64,000 nucleotides of DNA, taken from positions 62,001 through 126,000 of the forward strand of contig NIVC01000596.1 in assembly GCA_002269645.1 (NCBI GenBank), read 5' to 3'. The position numbers and the translations under genes were made by a program. Numbering within the stretch: position 1 is the first letter of the stretch; every line of letters begins with the position of its first letter. A model generated the notes under the pieces. The model was not told the origin of the DNA, ran no database searches, and was given only the letters and a program-made list of their open reading frames with translations. Below are positions 1 through 13,600 of the stretch, one piece after another. Origin of the DNA: Macrostomum lignano (Eukaryota).

Positions 1-964
1 GCTGCCGCCGCGGCAGCCGCCACCGGAGCCGGCACCGGCGCCGTGCCCGGCCGCTTCTTCAAGGTGAGATCGACGCCTTGGAGCAGGGCATCGGTGCCGA
101 GGGTCTCGCTGGTGGATGGTCGAGCGTTCGATTTCGCCCAGGGCTGATAGGCGCTGCCGCCGCTGCCGCTGGTGTTCAGGAGATCGTCTGCGAGTGCGAC
201 AGACCATCTGGCTCTAAGGGAATGTCTTGCACTAGCAGCTTTCTGTTTGTCTGTCTGTCTGACTGTCTATCCGTCTGTCTGTCTGTTTTAGTGTCTGTCT
301 TTCCTAGTGTCTGTCTTAGTGCCTGTCTGTCTGTCTAATTCTCGGATACCAATCTGACAAATGATCGATTGTGGCCAACCTTCATCTTTAGCGACGGTCC
401 GGGAGTGCGCGCTGGCGCCCAGGTTGCCCAGGAAGCTGTCGAAGTCCGTCTTTTTAGCCTTGGGCGCCAGCTCCTCGCTCACCGTGCTGCTGGTCGTGAA
501 CAGGCCGAAACCCATCTTAGGCGCTATCGCTGCGCCACCCGATGACGTTCCGGCCGCCGATTTCGGCGGTCTCTCATCCGGGAACGCCACTGAGCCGTCC
601 TCGCTTCGCGGCGTGTCCAAGCCGCTCAGCGGCAAATCGGCCTCGTCGTCGTCAAAATCGTTGGATTCGCGGCGTCCGCCTTTGCCGGCGGCTGGCTCTG
701 TGCGATGCTTTCCATCGTCTGAATCATCAGAGCCGTCTTTATCGTCAACAAAAGTTACTGACTTAGTTGACCTTCTTAGCTCCGATGAGCTGTCTAGAGA
801 TTTCGATTCCCTGACCTCTTTGCGCTTCGTTGATGGCGAGTTTAAAATGTCGTCAATTTCGTCTGGAATTAGTCGGTTTTGGTCACCAAGCTGTCAATTA
901 TGCTCTCAAATATTTTAAATGAGTGTTTAACTTACCATCCATTTTTGTACTGCAGTTTCTTCAT
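1..964 (-). CDS. Unknown low-complexity (Ser/Asp/Gly-rich) protein, partial; exons 964-936, 890-350, 187-<1
   Basis: Phase-consistent GT-AG junctions (ttttag|964, 936|gtaag, gacag|890, 350|gtatc, cgcag|187) give one open frame EETAVQKWM-LGDQNRLIPDEIDDILNSP...ICQI-DDLLNTSGSGG. The upstream exon and the 3' end were not found, and no domain was recognised. Confidence 0.6.
245..337. repeat. (TCTG)n microsatellite in intron 188-349
   Basis: Degenerate tetranucleotide run. Confidence 0.9.
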
Positions 965-2099
965 CTAAAATGAGAGAACGGACATTCAGTTGTTTATCAA
1001 ACATTGAATACTCGTATCTGGGCTGGGAGAATGGGGAATGTGCGCTAGGTTTAGGCTGGGGCATAATTTATGAATTTTAATGATTTATTTATTTAAATGA
1101 AATCAGTATATATGGCATAATGGTCTCTACGAAAAAACCCAGTTGAAAATCTTAATTTGAAAGACAATTTTCCTTTAAATGCAGCATTATGCTACTTAAA
1201 AATGCTTGATTTTTCGATACTACTGTACTTTATAATTCATATACTTTTCTTTCGCTGTGATCGTTTTATATTTTCTAAAACTTTTATTGTTTAATATGTT
1301 AGTAATATGTTACATTTTTGTAATAAGTTACGACGTACAGACGATTGTTTGAATGTCTTTCTGAATATCTGCTCGTATACCTGCTTTCAACAAGCATGTT
1401 CAACAAGCAATTAAACAAGCATTCTTAAAGGTACGCTGCAATATGAAATGGCGCACTTACTTAAGTATAAAAAATTTAATTTAAAAACTCCTGGCGATGA
1501 ATAGCTTGGTCAAATACATTTGTACGATCGTTGAAATGCGCTGCAGTATCTTTTGCAGACTCCTGACTACAAGAAAAAGTTTGGTATCTTTAAAGTTAAA
1601 TATGCGGTTAAAATCAAGGAAGCTTATATGTCAACCGTAAATGATATTTATCTATTAAATTGTGTTTAAAACTAATTCACAATTCAGGACAAAAAATTAT
1701 GCAATATTTTTTGGCTTTTTTGAAGCAAGCGTTAGAATTTTGTTAAACTTTTTTAGCTTCTAATATTAGTAATTTAAATTAATTATAAAGAATCTATATG
1801 TTCGCTATATAGCTTTTGCAATTTGCAATTGAATAAAATACATAAAATACATAAATAACCCAAAATATTCGAAAAAAACCGTAAAAAATTCTAGACGATC
1901 TTTCAAATACCTTACTTATACAAATATCGTAACGTATTCATTGTTCATGTAAAAATAATCAACCTTTTGAGAAAATATTAAATACATCGAATTATAGGCC
2001 TACTGGCAAAACAGGCTCTTTGCCTGAGCAAAAATTACTACTACTACTACTACTACTAAAATCACGCAGGACTCGAATATATATGTAATACTGAATCAA

Positions 2100-2330
2100 T
2101 ATTAAAACCTAAAAGTCGACCTGAAACGGCCGAAAGTGCGCAGTGAATTCTAGCTCAGTATTGACTTTTGAGTGATGCAACTTGCGCCACGCGACGCAGC
2201 GTTAGGCTGGGTGGGGAGGGATTAGGAAGAGCAGAGGGCGAAGATTGGATGGATTAAAGCTTCCGCCCGGCGCCTGGTTTTCATTGTTTTTATGCTTTTT
2301 TATATAAAAATGGTTAGACAATTGACAGGT
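2100..2330. promoter_or_regulatory. Candidate CpG-containing promoter between the divergent gene 1 (-) and LIN37 (+)
   Basis: Local GC/CpG-rich island in AT-rich flanks, with ATTGG (reverse CCAAT) and CCGCCC (GC box), and a possible donor cag|gtgata at 2329. The call rests on position and composition only. Confidence 0.35.
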
Positions 2331-3064
2331 GATACTGATAGATGCTAGTCGAAAGACACTTTATTAGGGCAAAGGGTGGCGACTTTTTAATATTGCTGCT
2401 TATAGGTAGGTAGGTGTTTTATGATTTATTATTAGGCCTATACAATGGTCCAATTGCATTGTCATCTCATTACCAGCATTCTTCTTAAATTATTTGTTGA
2501 ACTATTTTTTAATGTTTGTTGCACTTTCTCTAAAGTGATATGTCAAAAAATGTTTAGGCACAGCAGTTAGTTGGTCAATGCAATTCTACATCATTTCAAT
2601 AGGCCTAGTGAATTATAATTAGGCTTATAATTATGCGAGTTAAAGTGCAACAATGATAATGTTTTGAGTTGTTTGACTTGATTTGACAATGGGTTTTGTT
2701 GACATCTATCTTGTTGAAGTTGCTATTCGAAGTCCAAACAAATATATAGATTTCTAAATAGCTCAATAATAAAACTATTGACAGTAACAGAATTCTTTTA
2801 TGCCCCTTAAAATCAAGTATCTATTGTATTTTATTTGTAATAAATCAAAATTAGGCCTATATCTAGGAACACACTTTCACTATCCCTAGGAATAATAAGC
2901 TTATGTATAGACAGTATAGGTATATTGATAAGCCTAGCTAATATATTGGACTGACTACTAGTAACATGCTCATAGCTAATCTTCAAGGTGCCAAGTATTA
3001 GGCCAGTGTTTATCCTACCTTAATCTACAGTCTAAATGATTCTAGGGCCTATTGGAAATAATTA

Positions 3065-4075
3065 TTTTGGTAATAATGATTTTAGTGTCATCCATTTTGG
3101 TATTACATTACTTTGGTACCAAATGTGTATGAAGCATTAAACATTTGTTTAAAAGTTTATTAGGGTTTCTAAAAGTTAATATTAAATAATTAATTAGTTA
3201 ATTAATTATTTTTTCATTCTTTTTGAAATACCCTTTACTTTTGAAATTCAATGTTGCTAAGCAACTAATTTCAAAACATATAGGCCTATACTTTAGTCTA
3301 TATTCTCAATGCGTTTTGTCAACAGTGATATACTTGTATTAGATTGTATGATCACCCCATTATCTGCATCTCCAATTATGTATGTGATTATGTCAATTGC
3401 TTTGTACCTTTACTTGATTAAAGTAAATATATTGCTATCTAATAATTTGACAAATGCTGATCAAAAAAGCAAAATGGGCCTATTAATTTAAACTTATAAA
3501 ATAGAAGCCAATGAACATTATACACAAAATTTTAAGTTATCCTACTCATAGTAGTGATACCAAAAAGCTAGGTTTGGAATAAAGTGATAAAATTTGGACT
3601 TGGAATAGGGCCTATGGGATAACAACAAAAGGCATAATTGGGGACTCTACTTTATAAGATTAAGTTGATATTATAGTCACTAATTATCCCCTTTATTGTT
3701 CTTCCTTATCCTAAGTCCAATTTTGTTGTTTTTTGCCAAACCCAGCTTGTTGGTATCACTATAAGTAGAGTGATAATTATTTGTATACATAGGTCACTTG
3801 GGCTTCACTTTTTGAGCTTAAGTTGACAGGGTCTTTATTATATAACAAAGACAAAGTTAAGGATAAAAAATAAACAAAAAATAAGAATAAACTCAACAAC
3901 TAACACTTCACATCACAGTAAAATGTTTGGCTAGTTTTTATTAATATATAGCAATTTAACCTTTAAATACTAATAAAAACTTTAAAGAAATGCTCAACAT
4001 TCCATCTACATTTGGCACCAAAGTAACCTGCCATTAAAATAGATAATACCAAAATGACGACTACCAAAGTAACTA
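3065..4075. mobile_element. Decayed fold-back/MITE-like element with nested inverted repeats
   Basis: Outer arms ~3065-3180 and ~3955-4075 (rc catacacatttggtaccaaagtaa vs catctacatttggcaccaaagtaa). Inner arms ~3536-3646 and ~3676-3778 (cctactcatagtagtgataccaaaaagctaggtttgg vs rc ctctacttatagtgataccaacaagctgggtttgg). No TSD resolved. Confidence 0.65.
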
Positions 4076-5627
4076 TAATTCATTCTATTAGCACCTAGGT
4101 CTTAGTGTTGTATAATAGGATAATCTCAATTAGTGCCATACCTTTAGTTAGTCAAACAGAGCCTTAGATTGTAGAATAGTCTTCATAGAATAGAAGGCAG
4201 TCTAGACAGGTCTATAGCAAAGTCTTAGATCATTGCAAACATTAGCATCAGACTGCCAAGCTAGATGAACTGTTGATATGTCTAATATAGAAGCTTTCTC
4301 ACTTGCCCATTAGTGTCTCCATAGAAAATAGCAGCCTTAATGTTGCCTGGCACAGAGCATAATAGGCCTAGTCTTGTGTATGTGACTATGCCTGTGCTCA
4401 CTGCGATGTTTATTAGTTGGTCTAGTTAGCACTAGGTGGCTTTGATAATCAAGTTCAATAAGAAATCCTTGCTATTATATCCTATAGATAATATATCTAT
4501 AATAATAGATATCACTATATAAGTTGGCTTTAATTTAATCTTATCATTATTAGTCTTGTTGACAAAGTGAATTTAGCATTTTTATCAACCACTAAAGTAG
4601 TACCTAATCTTTTATTATTGTCAGTTGTTGCTAGGCCTAGGGCAGTTCTAATGTTGCAACCCTTTTGCACTAACTAGCACTTTTTATAGATATCATCCTA
4701 TGCAATTTTTTTATTTTAGATTTGGCATAGCTTAGAAAATCTAGCATATTGATAGTGCAGATAATTTAAATGCAGATCATGATCTGCATTCTAATGGTGG
4801 TGCAATATAAGAATGTTAGAATCAAGTGTCTAGTCTAGTCAGTATATCTTGAAAAAAATTGCTTATGTAGAGTAATGTGCCTATCTATATAAATCTAACT
4901 AGGTGTCTACTATCTAGTGCACCTTGAAAAAAGGGTATTAGTGTAACACAGAACACCTAAAATTCGTCGGTGTCTTCATGTTTTTGAAAAGTATTCTAAT
5001 AGGGAATCCCAGCTCTTTTGGTCCTATTTTCAATAGCCAAAATCAAAGTAAAAGCTTTAATTATTACCTGAAAATTGTTATTTGGAAAAAAATAATTTAA
5101 CAAAATAGTTTAAGCTATATTTTTAGGCTATGAAAAAAGTTGATTGCATTTTTCCTATGATATCACTTGATTATATTGCTTTCTTTCTAGATATATAAAT
5201 ATTTCCATGATAAATGCATTTGTCTATTGTAAGCATGTAAATACAGTTTATATTAGTTAGTTATATGGTAGCTAAGAAGTTAAGCATTGAAAACTACTGC
5301 TTTCTTCATTTTACCACAGCATGCCATTAGTATTGCATATGTGGAAGGTTCTTCTGCAGAAACAAAAGCAACAGCATTTTTGAATTTACTAAATGGTTAG
5401 ACTTATTAGGTGATATAATCCTTTTGCTGCATTCATCTTTTTAGCAACATCAATTTAATTGTAAATTTAATTTTAACAACAATAGCCCTTAATCTGATAA
5501 GTTTATTTGCTGAAATAAGAGGCTAATCAATGATGCCATAGATTTCTATAGCATCAATATTTGGCAACTATTATTCATTATTAAATTGTCACTATTCATA
5601 TCATTGACTATGGTTAAATGATTTCAG

Positions 5628-6875
5628 ATGCACAGCTCTGCTGATCTTGAATCGTCGCGCACTGAGTTTGCTGACACTCTTCAATCGCTATTGAATTGTC
5701 CCGAAAAATGGTATGACAAAAATTACTATTTGTATGTTATAAACTTACTATTAACATATGCTATGTGTAGCTTTCCATACTGAGTGACTGATTGTAGCTG
5801 CATGAGTGACTGAAGGCAGCTGCATGAGTGACTGAAGGCAGCTGCATGAGTGGCTGAAGGCAGCTGCATGAGTGACTGAAGGCAGCTGCATAAGTGACTG
5901 AAGGCAGCTGCATGAGTGACTGAAGGCAGCTGCATGAGTGACTGAAGGCAGCTGCATGAGTGACTGAAGGCAGCTGCATGAGTGACTGAAGGCAGCTGCA
6001 TGAGTGACTGAAGGCAGCTGCATGAGTGACTGAAGGCAGCTGCATGAGTGACTGAAGGCAGCTGCATGAGTGTCTGAAGGCAGCTGCATGAGTGGCTGAA
6101 GGCAGCTGCATGAGTGGCTGAAGGCAGCTGCATGAGTGACTGATTGTAGCTGCATGAGTGACTGATTGTAGCTGCATGAGTGACTGAAGGCAGCTGTATG
6201 AGTGACTGAAGGCAGCTGCATGAGTGACTGAAGGCAGCTGCATGACAGCATGAGTGACTGAAGGCAGCTGCATGAGTGACTGATTGTAGCTGCATGAGTG
6301 ACTGAAGGCAGCTGCCTGAGTGACTGAAGGCAGCTGCATCAGTGGCTGAAAACTGACTTGAATCCCTACCCTTCCCGCCATTACACAGCAAGATAATCCC
6401 GCCGGCGGCCAATCCCAGCGAAGCGCAGTCGCACGATCACATGGCCACGCCCGGCCGGAAGCGCGGCCGTCGAGTCGGCGACTTCGAGGACTATTTGCGC
6501 GCCCGCAGCGAAATGGACGGCGCCGGGGGCAAGCACCAGCGCGAGCAATTCATTATTAAACTGTTCGACAGGCTGATGGATTTCGGACCGTTTCTGGACA
6601 TGTCCGAGGGCCGCACGGACGGCTGTCCGATCTATCCTATGGCCAGGGCTTGGGTGGCCAATTTGAATGCCTGGGACCAGAAGTCTGATACCAGTGAGTT
6701 CCGTAGCTCACCTGTGTGTGTTTGAATACATGCATTATGCCGGCTTTCGCATTTAGAATTGCCATTTGAGGTTGCTAATGAGCGGCCAGATTAATAAGGG
6801 ATTAACATATTTACAGACATGTAGCTTTGGTTCAATTGCAATTTATCTAGAACGTCTTGTCTGTCCTATATACTA

Positions 6876-6948
<73 letters not shown>

Positions 6949-7217
6949 GTCTTAGTGTCTGTCTGTCTGTCTGTCTGTCTTAGTGTCTGTCTATCTGTCT
7001 GTCTCTGTCTTAGTGTCTCTGTCTGTCTGTCTGTCTCTGTCTTAGTGTCTGTCTGTCTGTCTGTCTGTCTCTGTCTTAGTGTCTGTCTGTCTCTGTCTTA
7101 GTGTCTGTCTGTCTGTCTCTGTCTTAGTGTCTGTCTGTCTGTCTGTCTGTCTCTGTCTTAGTGTCTGTCTGTCTCTGTCTTAGTGTCTGTCTGTCTGTCT
7201 ATCTGTCTCTGTCTTAG

Positions 7218-7270
<53 letters not shown>

Positions 7271-7375
7271 GCCTGTCTGTGTCTGTCTGTCTGTGTCTGT
7301 CTGTCTGTCTGTCATACTATGTGTCTTGCCTTAGTGTCCGTCTGTCTGTCTGTCATACTATGTGTCTTGCCTTAG

Positions 7376-7411
<36 letters not shown>

Positions 7412-8344
7412 ATACTATGTGTCTTGTCTTAGTGTCAGCCTGTCATAGCGGAATGGGCGACCCTCGCCTCCCCGCTGTGTCTACAGACCACCCTGCAGCT
7501 AAGTCAGCCTGTCTGTCTGTAGTTCTCCGTCTCTGTGTTAAAGAAAATAAGAGTACGGTTTAATTTGAGTTGAAAACAAAAAACTGACAGACAGTAGTAA
7601 GTGGGGCTCAAGGCCCAAACGGGTATATTCATGCCAATAAACTAGGAGTTAGGTTTGATTGCAAGATAAGACGAGGAGGGGTGGAGTGCGCGACTAAGGA
7701 AAGAGAGGCGAGATTGAAGAGCCAATCAGAAGACAGAGAGGGAGAGAAAAAAAGCGAGTGCGGATGAATTGAAGGAATGACTTAAGAAAGTCGCGATACT
7801 GCTGTCAGTCAGTCTGTCTGCATGCCTGTCCTCCTTCCTGTCTGCTGTCTATGTAACTGTCTAGTCAGCGTCTAGCATAGGACTCCAGGGAGGATGGGTG
7901 TGAGCGGTGGGATAAATACATCCCACTTTTTGTATAGCCCAAAAAATCGCATTGATTTGTGCAGCCAAGTGGGGCGACCTGCCCGACCATCGGTCTGAGG
8001 AGATCGGCCTGCACCAGGGCGCTGTGCTCGACCTTCCCGCCGCTCACGACGGCCTATTGGACTCCAGCGTCCGCGTACCGGCCCCGCTGCCGTCAGAGGA
8101 CGAACGTCTCGACATTCATCGGGCGCCTGAGCTGGCCCCGGCGCCCGAGCAGCTGCTGTTGGATCATCTGGACAGGTGGCGCGAGGTTCGGCGCAGCTGG
8201 TGCAGCGCTATGCGCGCCAACGATCGGCGATATTCGGACGCCATGCGCGTGTTGAATGTCTGCCGCGGCGGCGGCGTCGGCGGTCATTCGTCCAATGCTG
8301 GCGGCGCTGCCGCTGGGGTTGCCGGGTCAGGGCGCGATTTTTAA
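5628..8344 (+). CDS. LIN37: LIN37 homolog (MuvB/DREAM complex subunit), ~255 aa; exons 5628-5710, 6389-6693, 7965-8344
   Basis: FIIKLFDRLMDF...PIYPMARAWVAN matches the LIN37 motif YVIKLFDRSVDL...PLYPICRAWMRN. LLLDHLDRWREVRRSW...NDRRYSDAMRVL matches the C-terminal LIYRNMQRWKRIRQRW...NQLRYSESMKIL. Splice phases are consistent (2,1). Confidence 0.9.
5775..6350. repeat. 22-bp minisatellite (GCTGCATGAGTGACTGAAGGCA)n, LIN37 intron 1
   Basis: Directly visible tandem array; it explains three spurious minus-strand ORFs. Confidence 0.95.
6876..7420. repeat. (TCTG)n microsatellite with TCTTAGTG interruptions, LIN37 intron 2
   Basis: Directly visible. Confidence 0.95.
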
Positions 8345-8499
8345 ACGAATTTTGATGACGTGAGGCAAATTTTGTTACTGCTGTATGATAGCTATGGTGG
8401 CTTCAGTTTTTGGCTGTTTAAAGTAGTTCAAGGTTGGTTATTGTTAGATAAGTTAATGGTTGTTTTTATATAAAATAGGTCATGATTCGTTAAAATAGG

Positions 8500-8900
8500 T
8501 CAGGGTTCGTTAGACTAGGCAAGGGTTACTTCAAGTAGGTCAGGGTTAGTTCCATTAGGTCAGGGTTAGTTCAAGTAGGTCAGGGTTAGTTCAAGTAGGT
8601 CAGTGTTAGTTCAAGTAGGTCAGGGTTGTTTAAGTAGGTCAGGGTTGGTTTAAGTAGGTCAGGGTTGGTTAGAGTAGTTCAGGGTTGGTTAGAGTAGTTC
8701 AGGGTTGGGTTAAGTAGGTCAGCGTTGGTTCAAGTAGGTCAGGGTTGTTTAAGTAGGTCAGGGTTAGTTTAAGTAAGTCAGGGTTGTTTAAGTAGGTTAG
8801 GGTTGGTTTAAGTAAGTCAGGGTTGTTTAAGTAGTTCAGGGTTGGTTTAAGTAAGTCAGGGTTGTTTAAGTAGGTCAGGGTTGGTTCAAGTAGGTCAGAT
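8500..8900. repeat. ~20-21-bp minisatellite (AGTAGGTCAGGGTTRGTTYA-like) downstream of LIN37
   Basis: Directly visible degenerate array. Confidence 0.9.
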
Positions 8901-9784
8901 TTGACACTTGCTAAAGTAGGTTAAGCTGTGTTTAAGCCAAAAAGCACAAAAAGTTTATCATCTATCTTATTTCGCTGTTATCATGTAAGCCATAGCATTC
9001 GTTCGAATTTTAAACAATTGCTAGGAAAGCTTTGCAGTTATAAATGTTTCAAAACGCATATTAATAACATTTTAAATAAAAAACTCGGTGTCAAGCTAGT
9101 TACTAATAGTAGTACTGTTGTGCATGTCATTATCGCTGCTATTTTTTACAGTTTGTTTTACTGTTCTTTTTCGTATCTGAATTTCTCTTAGTAACCACTG
9201 TATTTCTTAATTAGCCTGTACATTGGCCGTGTATTTACGAACTAAATTGTGTAATTACTATCAATTTCTTTGCTTGATTTTTGTTTGGTCTCTAATTAAT
9301 TAATTTTTTTTTATTCATGTTATGCTACTGCTGGAATTACCTGTTCAAAGTAGTGTGTCGCGAATATTCAATAATTATAATAAAAGCGCTGCTATAATTA
9401 TTGCGCTGGTGAAAATATGTTTGTTTGCAGTTTCTTTCTAAACTTTATTTTTAGTTGTGCATACATTAAAAAACTTTGAGTTAAATTAATAATTAGGTGA
9501 ATTAAGAGCAATTTGAGAACAAATTGTTGTTAAAACTTCTTCAAAAGTGATGCTGTGTATATTTTGTATCATGAATTAGCAGTTTCAAAGGCGGGGACGG
9601 AGAAGGTTAAAGTTACTTATAATCAGAGTTTTGTGTGAAAGCAAACAGGATTTTTAAATGTTTTTTCTAAAATGAATTCCTACTATAAAATAAAATGTGA
9701 AATGAATGCCTGAAAAAAGTGACAAAACTGCTGTAAATCTTTATAGGCAGACGATGTTCCAGTCATGGACATATTTTTAGTTCT

Positions 9785-10470
9785 GCCATGGACTCCTAAT
9801 TAGTTTAACCACAGACTCCTAATTAGTTTAATCATGGACTCCTAATTAGTTTAACCACAGACTCCTAATTAGTTTAACCATGGACTCCTAATTAGTTTAA
9901 CCATGGACTCCTAATTAGTTTAACCATGGACTCCTAATTAGTTTAACCTTGGACTCCTAATTAGTTTAACCATGGACTCCTAATTAGTTTAACCTTGGAC
10001 TCCTAATTAGTTTAACCATGGACTCCTAATTGGTTTAACCACAGACTCCTAATTAGTTTAACCATGGACTCCTAATTAGTTTAACCACAGACTCCTAATT
10101 AGTTTAACCACAGACTCCTAATTAGTTTAACCATGGACTCCTAATTAGTTTAACCACAGACTCCTAATTAGTTTAACTATGGACTCCTAATTAGTTTAAC
10201 CATGGACTCCTAATTAGTTTAACCACAGACTCCTAATTAGTTTAACCATGGACTCCTAATTCGTTTAACCATGGACTCCTAATTAGTTTAACCATGGACT
10301 CCTAATTGGTTTAACCACAGACTCCTAATTAGTTTAACTATGGACTCCTAATTAGTTTAACCATGGACTCCTAATTGGTTTAACCACAGACTCCTAATTA
10401 GTTTAACCACAGACTCCTAATTAGTTTAACCACAGACTCCTAATTGGTTTAACCATGGACTCCTAATTAC
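9785..10470. repeat. 23-bp minisatellite (GACTCCTAATTAGTTTAACCAYR)n
   Basis: Directly visible; two alternating variants (catg/caca). Confidence 0.95.
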
Positions 10471-10695
10471 GAGCGTACTTAAGCCATGGACTTCTAATTG
10501 CTTCAGAAGTTAGTTGTAGTATTAAATTGCATTTAAGTAGCATTCGAATGCAGACATGTTAGCTAATTAATAATAAAATATTTTAATAAACATTGCCTAA
10601 CTACTATCAGATATATTGGTTAGTTGTACACAATAGTATTGTAACTTTTTTCTAACAGATTGTTAGAACGTCCTCTCTGTTCGATTTGCACCTTG

Positions 10696-13600
10696 TTAGA
10701 AATTGTGCATGTTGTGCATCTTCACGTTGATCAGTGACTGCGTTGCCCAGTTTTGATAATAGAATCCTAGTAGCGGCCGGAACACGTACTGCAATTCGTG
10801 TGGGGTGAGGGATTAACAGAGTCACTGTGAGATTTTGAGGATTGATAGTTCGCAGTGTGAGATTTTGAGGGTTGATAGTTCGCAGTGTGAGATTTTGAGG
10901 GTTGATTATTCTCAGTGTGAGATTTTGAGAGTTGATCGTAGTAAATGTGACTTTGAGAGTTAATTATTCTCAGTGGAAGAATCTCGGCAGTTATTCTCAT
11001 TGAGATTATTGTCATTCTCAGAATCTCAGAGTTAACATTAACAAACCGTCAACAATTCTGTCGCACTCACGTGGAACAGCAGGCTGGTCCTGGCAGAGGC
11101 CAGCTGCACCCGGATGTAGCAGACCTTGTCGGATTTAGTTCGCACAGTCAGGCTGGTTTTCACTCGCATTAGGCCGTCGCTTTCGTAAGCAAAAGTTCTG
11201 CCTTCTTCAACGTAGCTGACAGTCTGGGTGTAGGGCACCGAGCCCCACAGAGGCATTCGGTAGTACATGGTGAAGGACGAGCCGATGTCGGTGATGCCCG
11301 GCAGGGCCATGCTTTCCACGTCCACTATGGCCGGCTGCCACTGGGTTTTTAATGTTGTTGTGTTTGAAATCAAAGTGAGGATATTGTACATGATAGTGAA
11401 ATACGTTTTTTAAAATACTTCTTTCCTAGAAACTCTCTTAGACATGTCTTCTGAAACCCCTAGCCACATTTTCAAAAAGCCAAATAATACTTCCCTAGAA
11501 ATATGACATTTTCTAAAATCCACCCGACACTTTCTAGATCCACCCGACACTTTCTAAATCCACGTGACACTTTCTAAATCCACGTGACACTTTCTAAATC
11601 CACCCGACACTTTCTAAATCCACGTGACACTTTCTAAATCCACGTGACACTTTCTAAATCCACCCGACACTTTCTAAATCCACCCGACACTTTCTAAATC
11701 CACGTGACACTTTCTAAATCCACCCGACACTTTCTAAATCCACCCGACACTTTCTAAATCCACGTGACACTTTCTAAATCCACCCGACACTTTCTAAATC
11801 CACGTGACACTTTCTAAATCCACCCGACACTTTCTAGATCCACCCGACACTTTCTAAATCCACGTGACACTTTCTAAATCCACGTGACACTTTCTAAAAT
11901 CCACCTGACACTTTCTAAATCCACCCGACACTTTCTAGATCCACCCGACACTTTCTAAAATCCACGTGACACTTTCTAAATCCACGTGACACTTTCTAAA
12001 TCCACCCGACACTTTCTAAATCCACGTGACACTTTCTAAAATCCACGTGACACTTTCTAAATCCACCCGACACTTTCTAGATCCACCCGACACTTTTTAA
12101 AATCCACGTGACACTTTCTAAATCCACCCGACACTTTCTAGATCCACGTGACACTTTCTAAATCCACCCGACACTTTCTAGATCCACCCGACACTTTCTA
12201 AATCCACCCGACACTTTCTAAATCCACCCGACACTTTCTAAATCCACCCGACACTTTCTAGATCCACCCGACACTTTCTAAATCCACGTGACACTTTCTA
12301 GATCCACGTGACACTTTCTAGATCCACGTGACACTTTCTAAAATCCACGTGACACTTTCTAAATCCACCCGACACTTTCTAAAATCCACCTGACACTTTC
12401 TAAAATCCACCTGACACTTTCTAAATCTACCTGACACTTTTTATAAAGCTACCTGATACTTTTTATAAAGCTACCTGATACTTTTTATAAAGCTACCTGA
12501 CACTCATTCCAAAGTCACCTGATATTGCTATAAAGCCACCTGACAATTTTTATAAAGCTACCTGACATTTTTATAAGGCTATCTGACACTTTTTTCAAAG
12601 CCACCTGACACCTTTTTAAAACTAGCTGACACTTTTAAATCCAACTGACACTTCTTACAAAGCTACCCATTTTTTTCAAAGCCATGTGACGCTGATACAT
12701 GTTTATAATACCGATCGAAAATCAATTTTCTCATAGAAATTCTCAAATCCCCGTTGCCTTCATGCCAAACGTCGGTCACCCTTAAAAAACACCGTGTTCA
12801 AGTCTTCAGAGCGGTTGTGTGCAAAACTACATCACCGTTAAAAACAATGTCCGACAGTGATATTCCCTACCTGCCCAGTCACTGGTCCAAGCGCTTGGAC
12901 CCAACTAAAATAGTTGACGCGCATTTCAAATTATTACGCGAACAATCAGAGTTAGTAATTGAACGATTAAAACCGGAGATTGTGCAGTATGGGCAGAGCG
13001 ATAGCAACGAATTGGTGTACTATTGGTTCACCCCGTCTGATAGCGGCGGCAATGCCAAGTCACCACTGTTTGTGTTTATCCACGGCGGCTATTGGCAAAC
13101 ACCGGAACTAACTGCCAGAATGTGCTGCCACATGGCCGATACCTTTGTTAACAATGGCCTGCATTTTGCTAGCCTAGGCTACGATTGCGTACCCGCGGTG
13201 TCAATTGAGGACACTGTTCGACTGGTTGAAACCGGATTGCGTGCCTGTTTGGAGCGAGCTCGGTCTGACGGCTTGTCCGGCGTTTATGTGGCCGGACACT
13301 CGGCCGGTGGACATCTGGCCGTGACGGCCGGGGCTTGTGTGCATTGGCCGGGCGAATTGGCTGGTCTTATTAAAGGCGTGTTGCCGATCTCAGGTAAACT
13401 GCTTCACTGATGGCTACTTGCTGACGCCATTGATAGCTAATTGCTGACATTATTGAAGGCTACTTGCTGACATTATTGATAGCTAATTGCTGACATTATT
13501 GAAGGCTACTTGCTGACATTATTGATAGCTAATTGCTGACATTATTGAAGGCTGCTTGCTGACATTATTGATAGCTAATTGCTGACATTATTGATGACTT

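Noticed and set aside
1420-1595. TTAA-flanked MITE (ttaaaggtac...gtatctttaa)
   Set aside because: Inverted similarity is too short to separate from chance in AT-rich DNA
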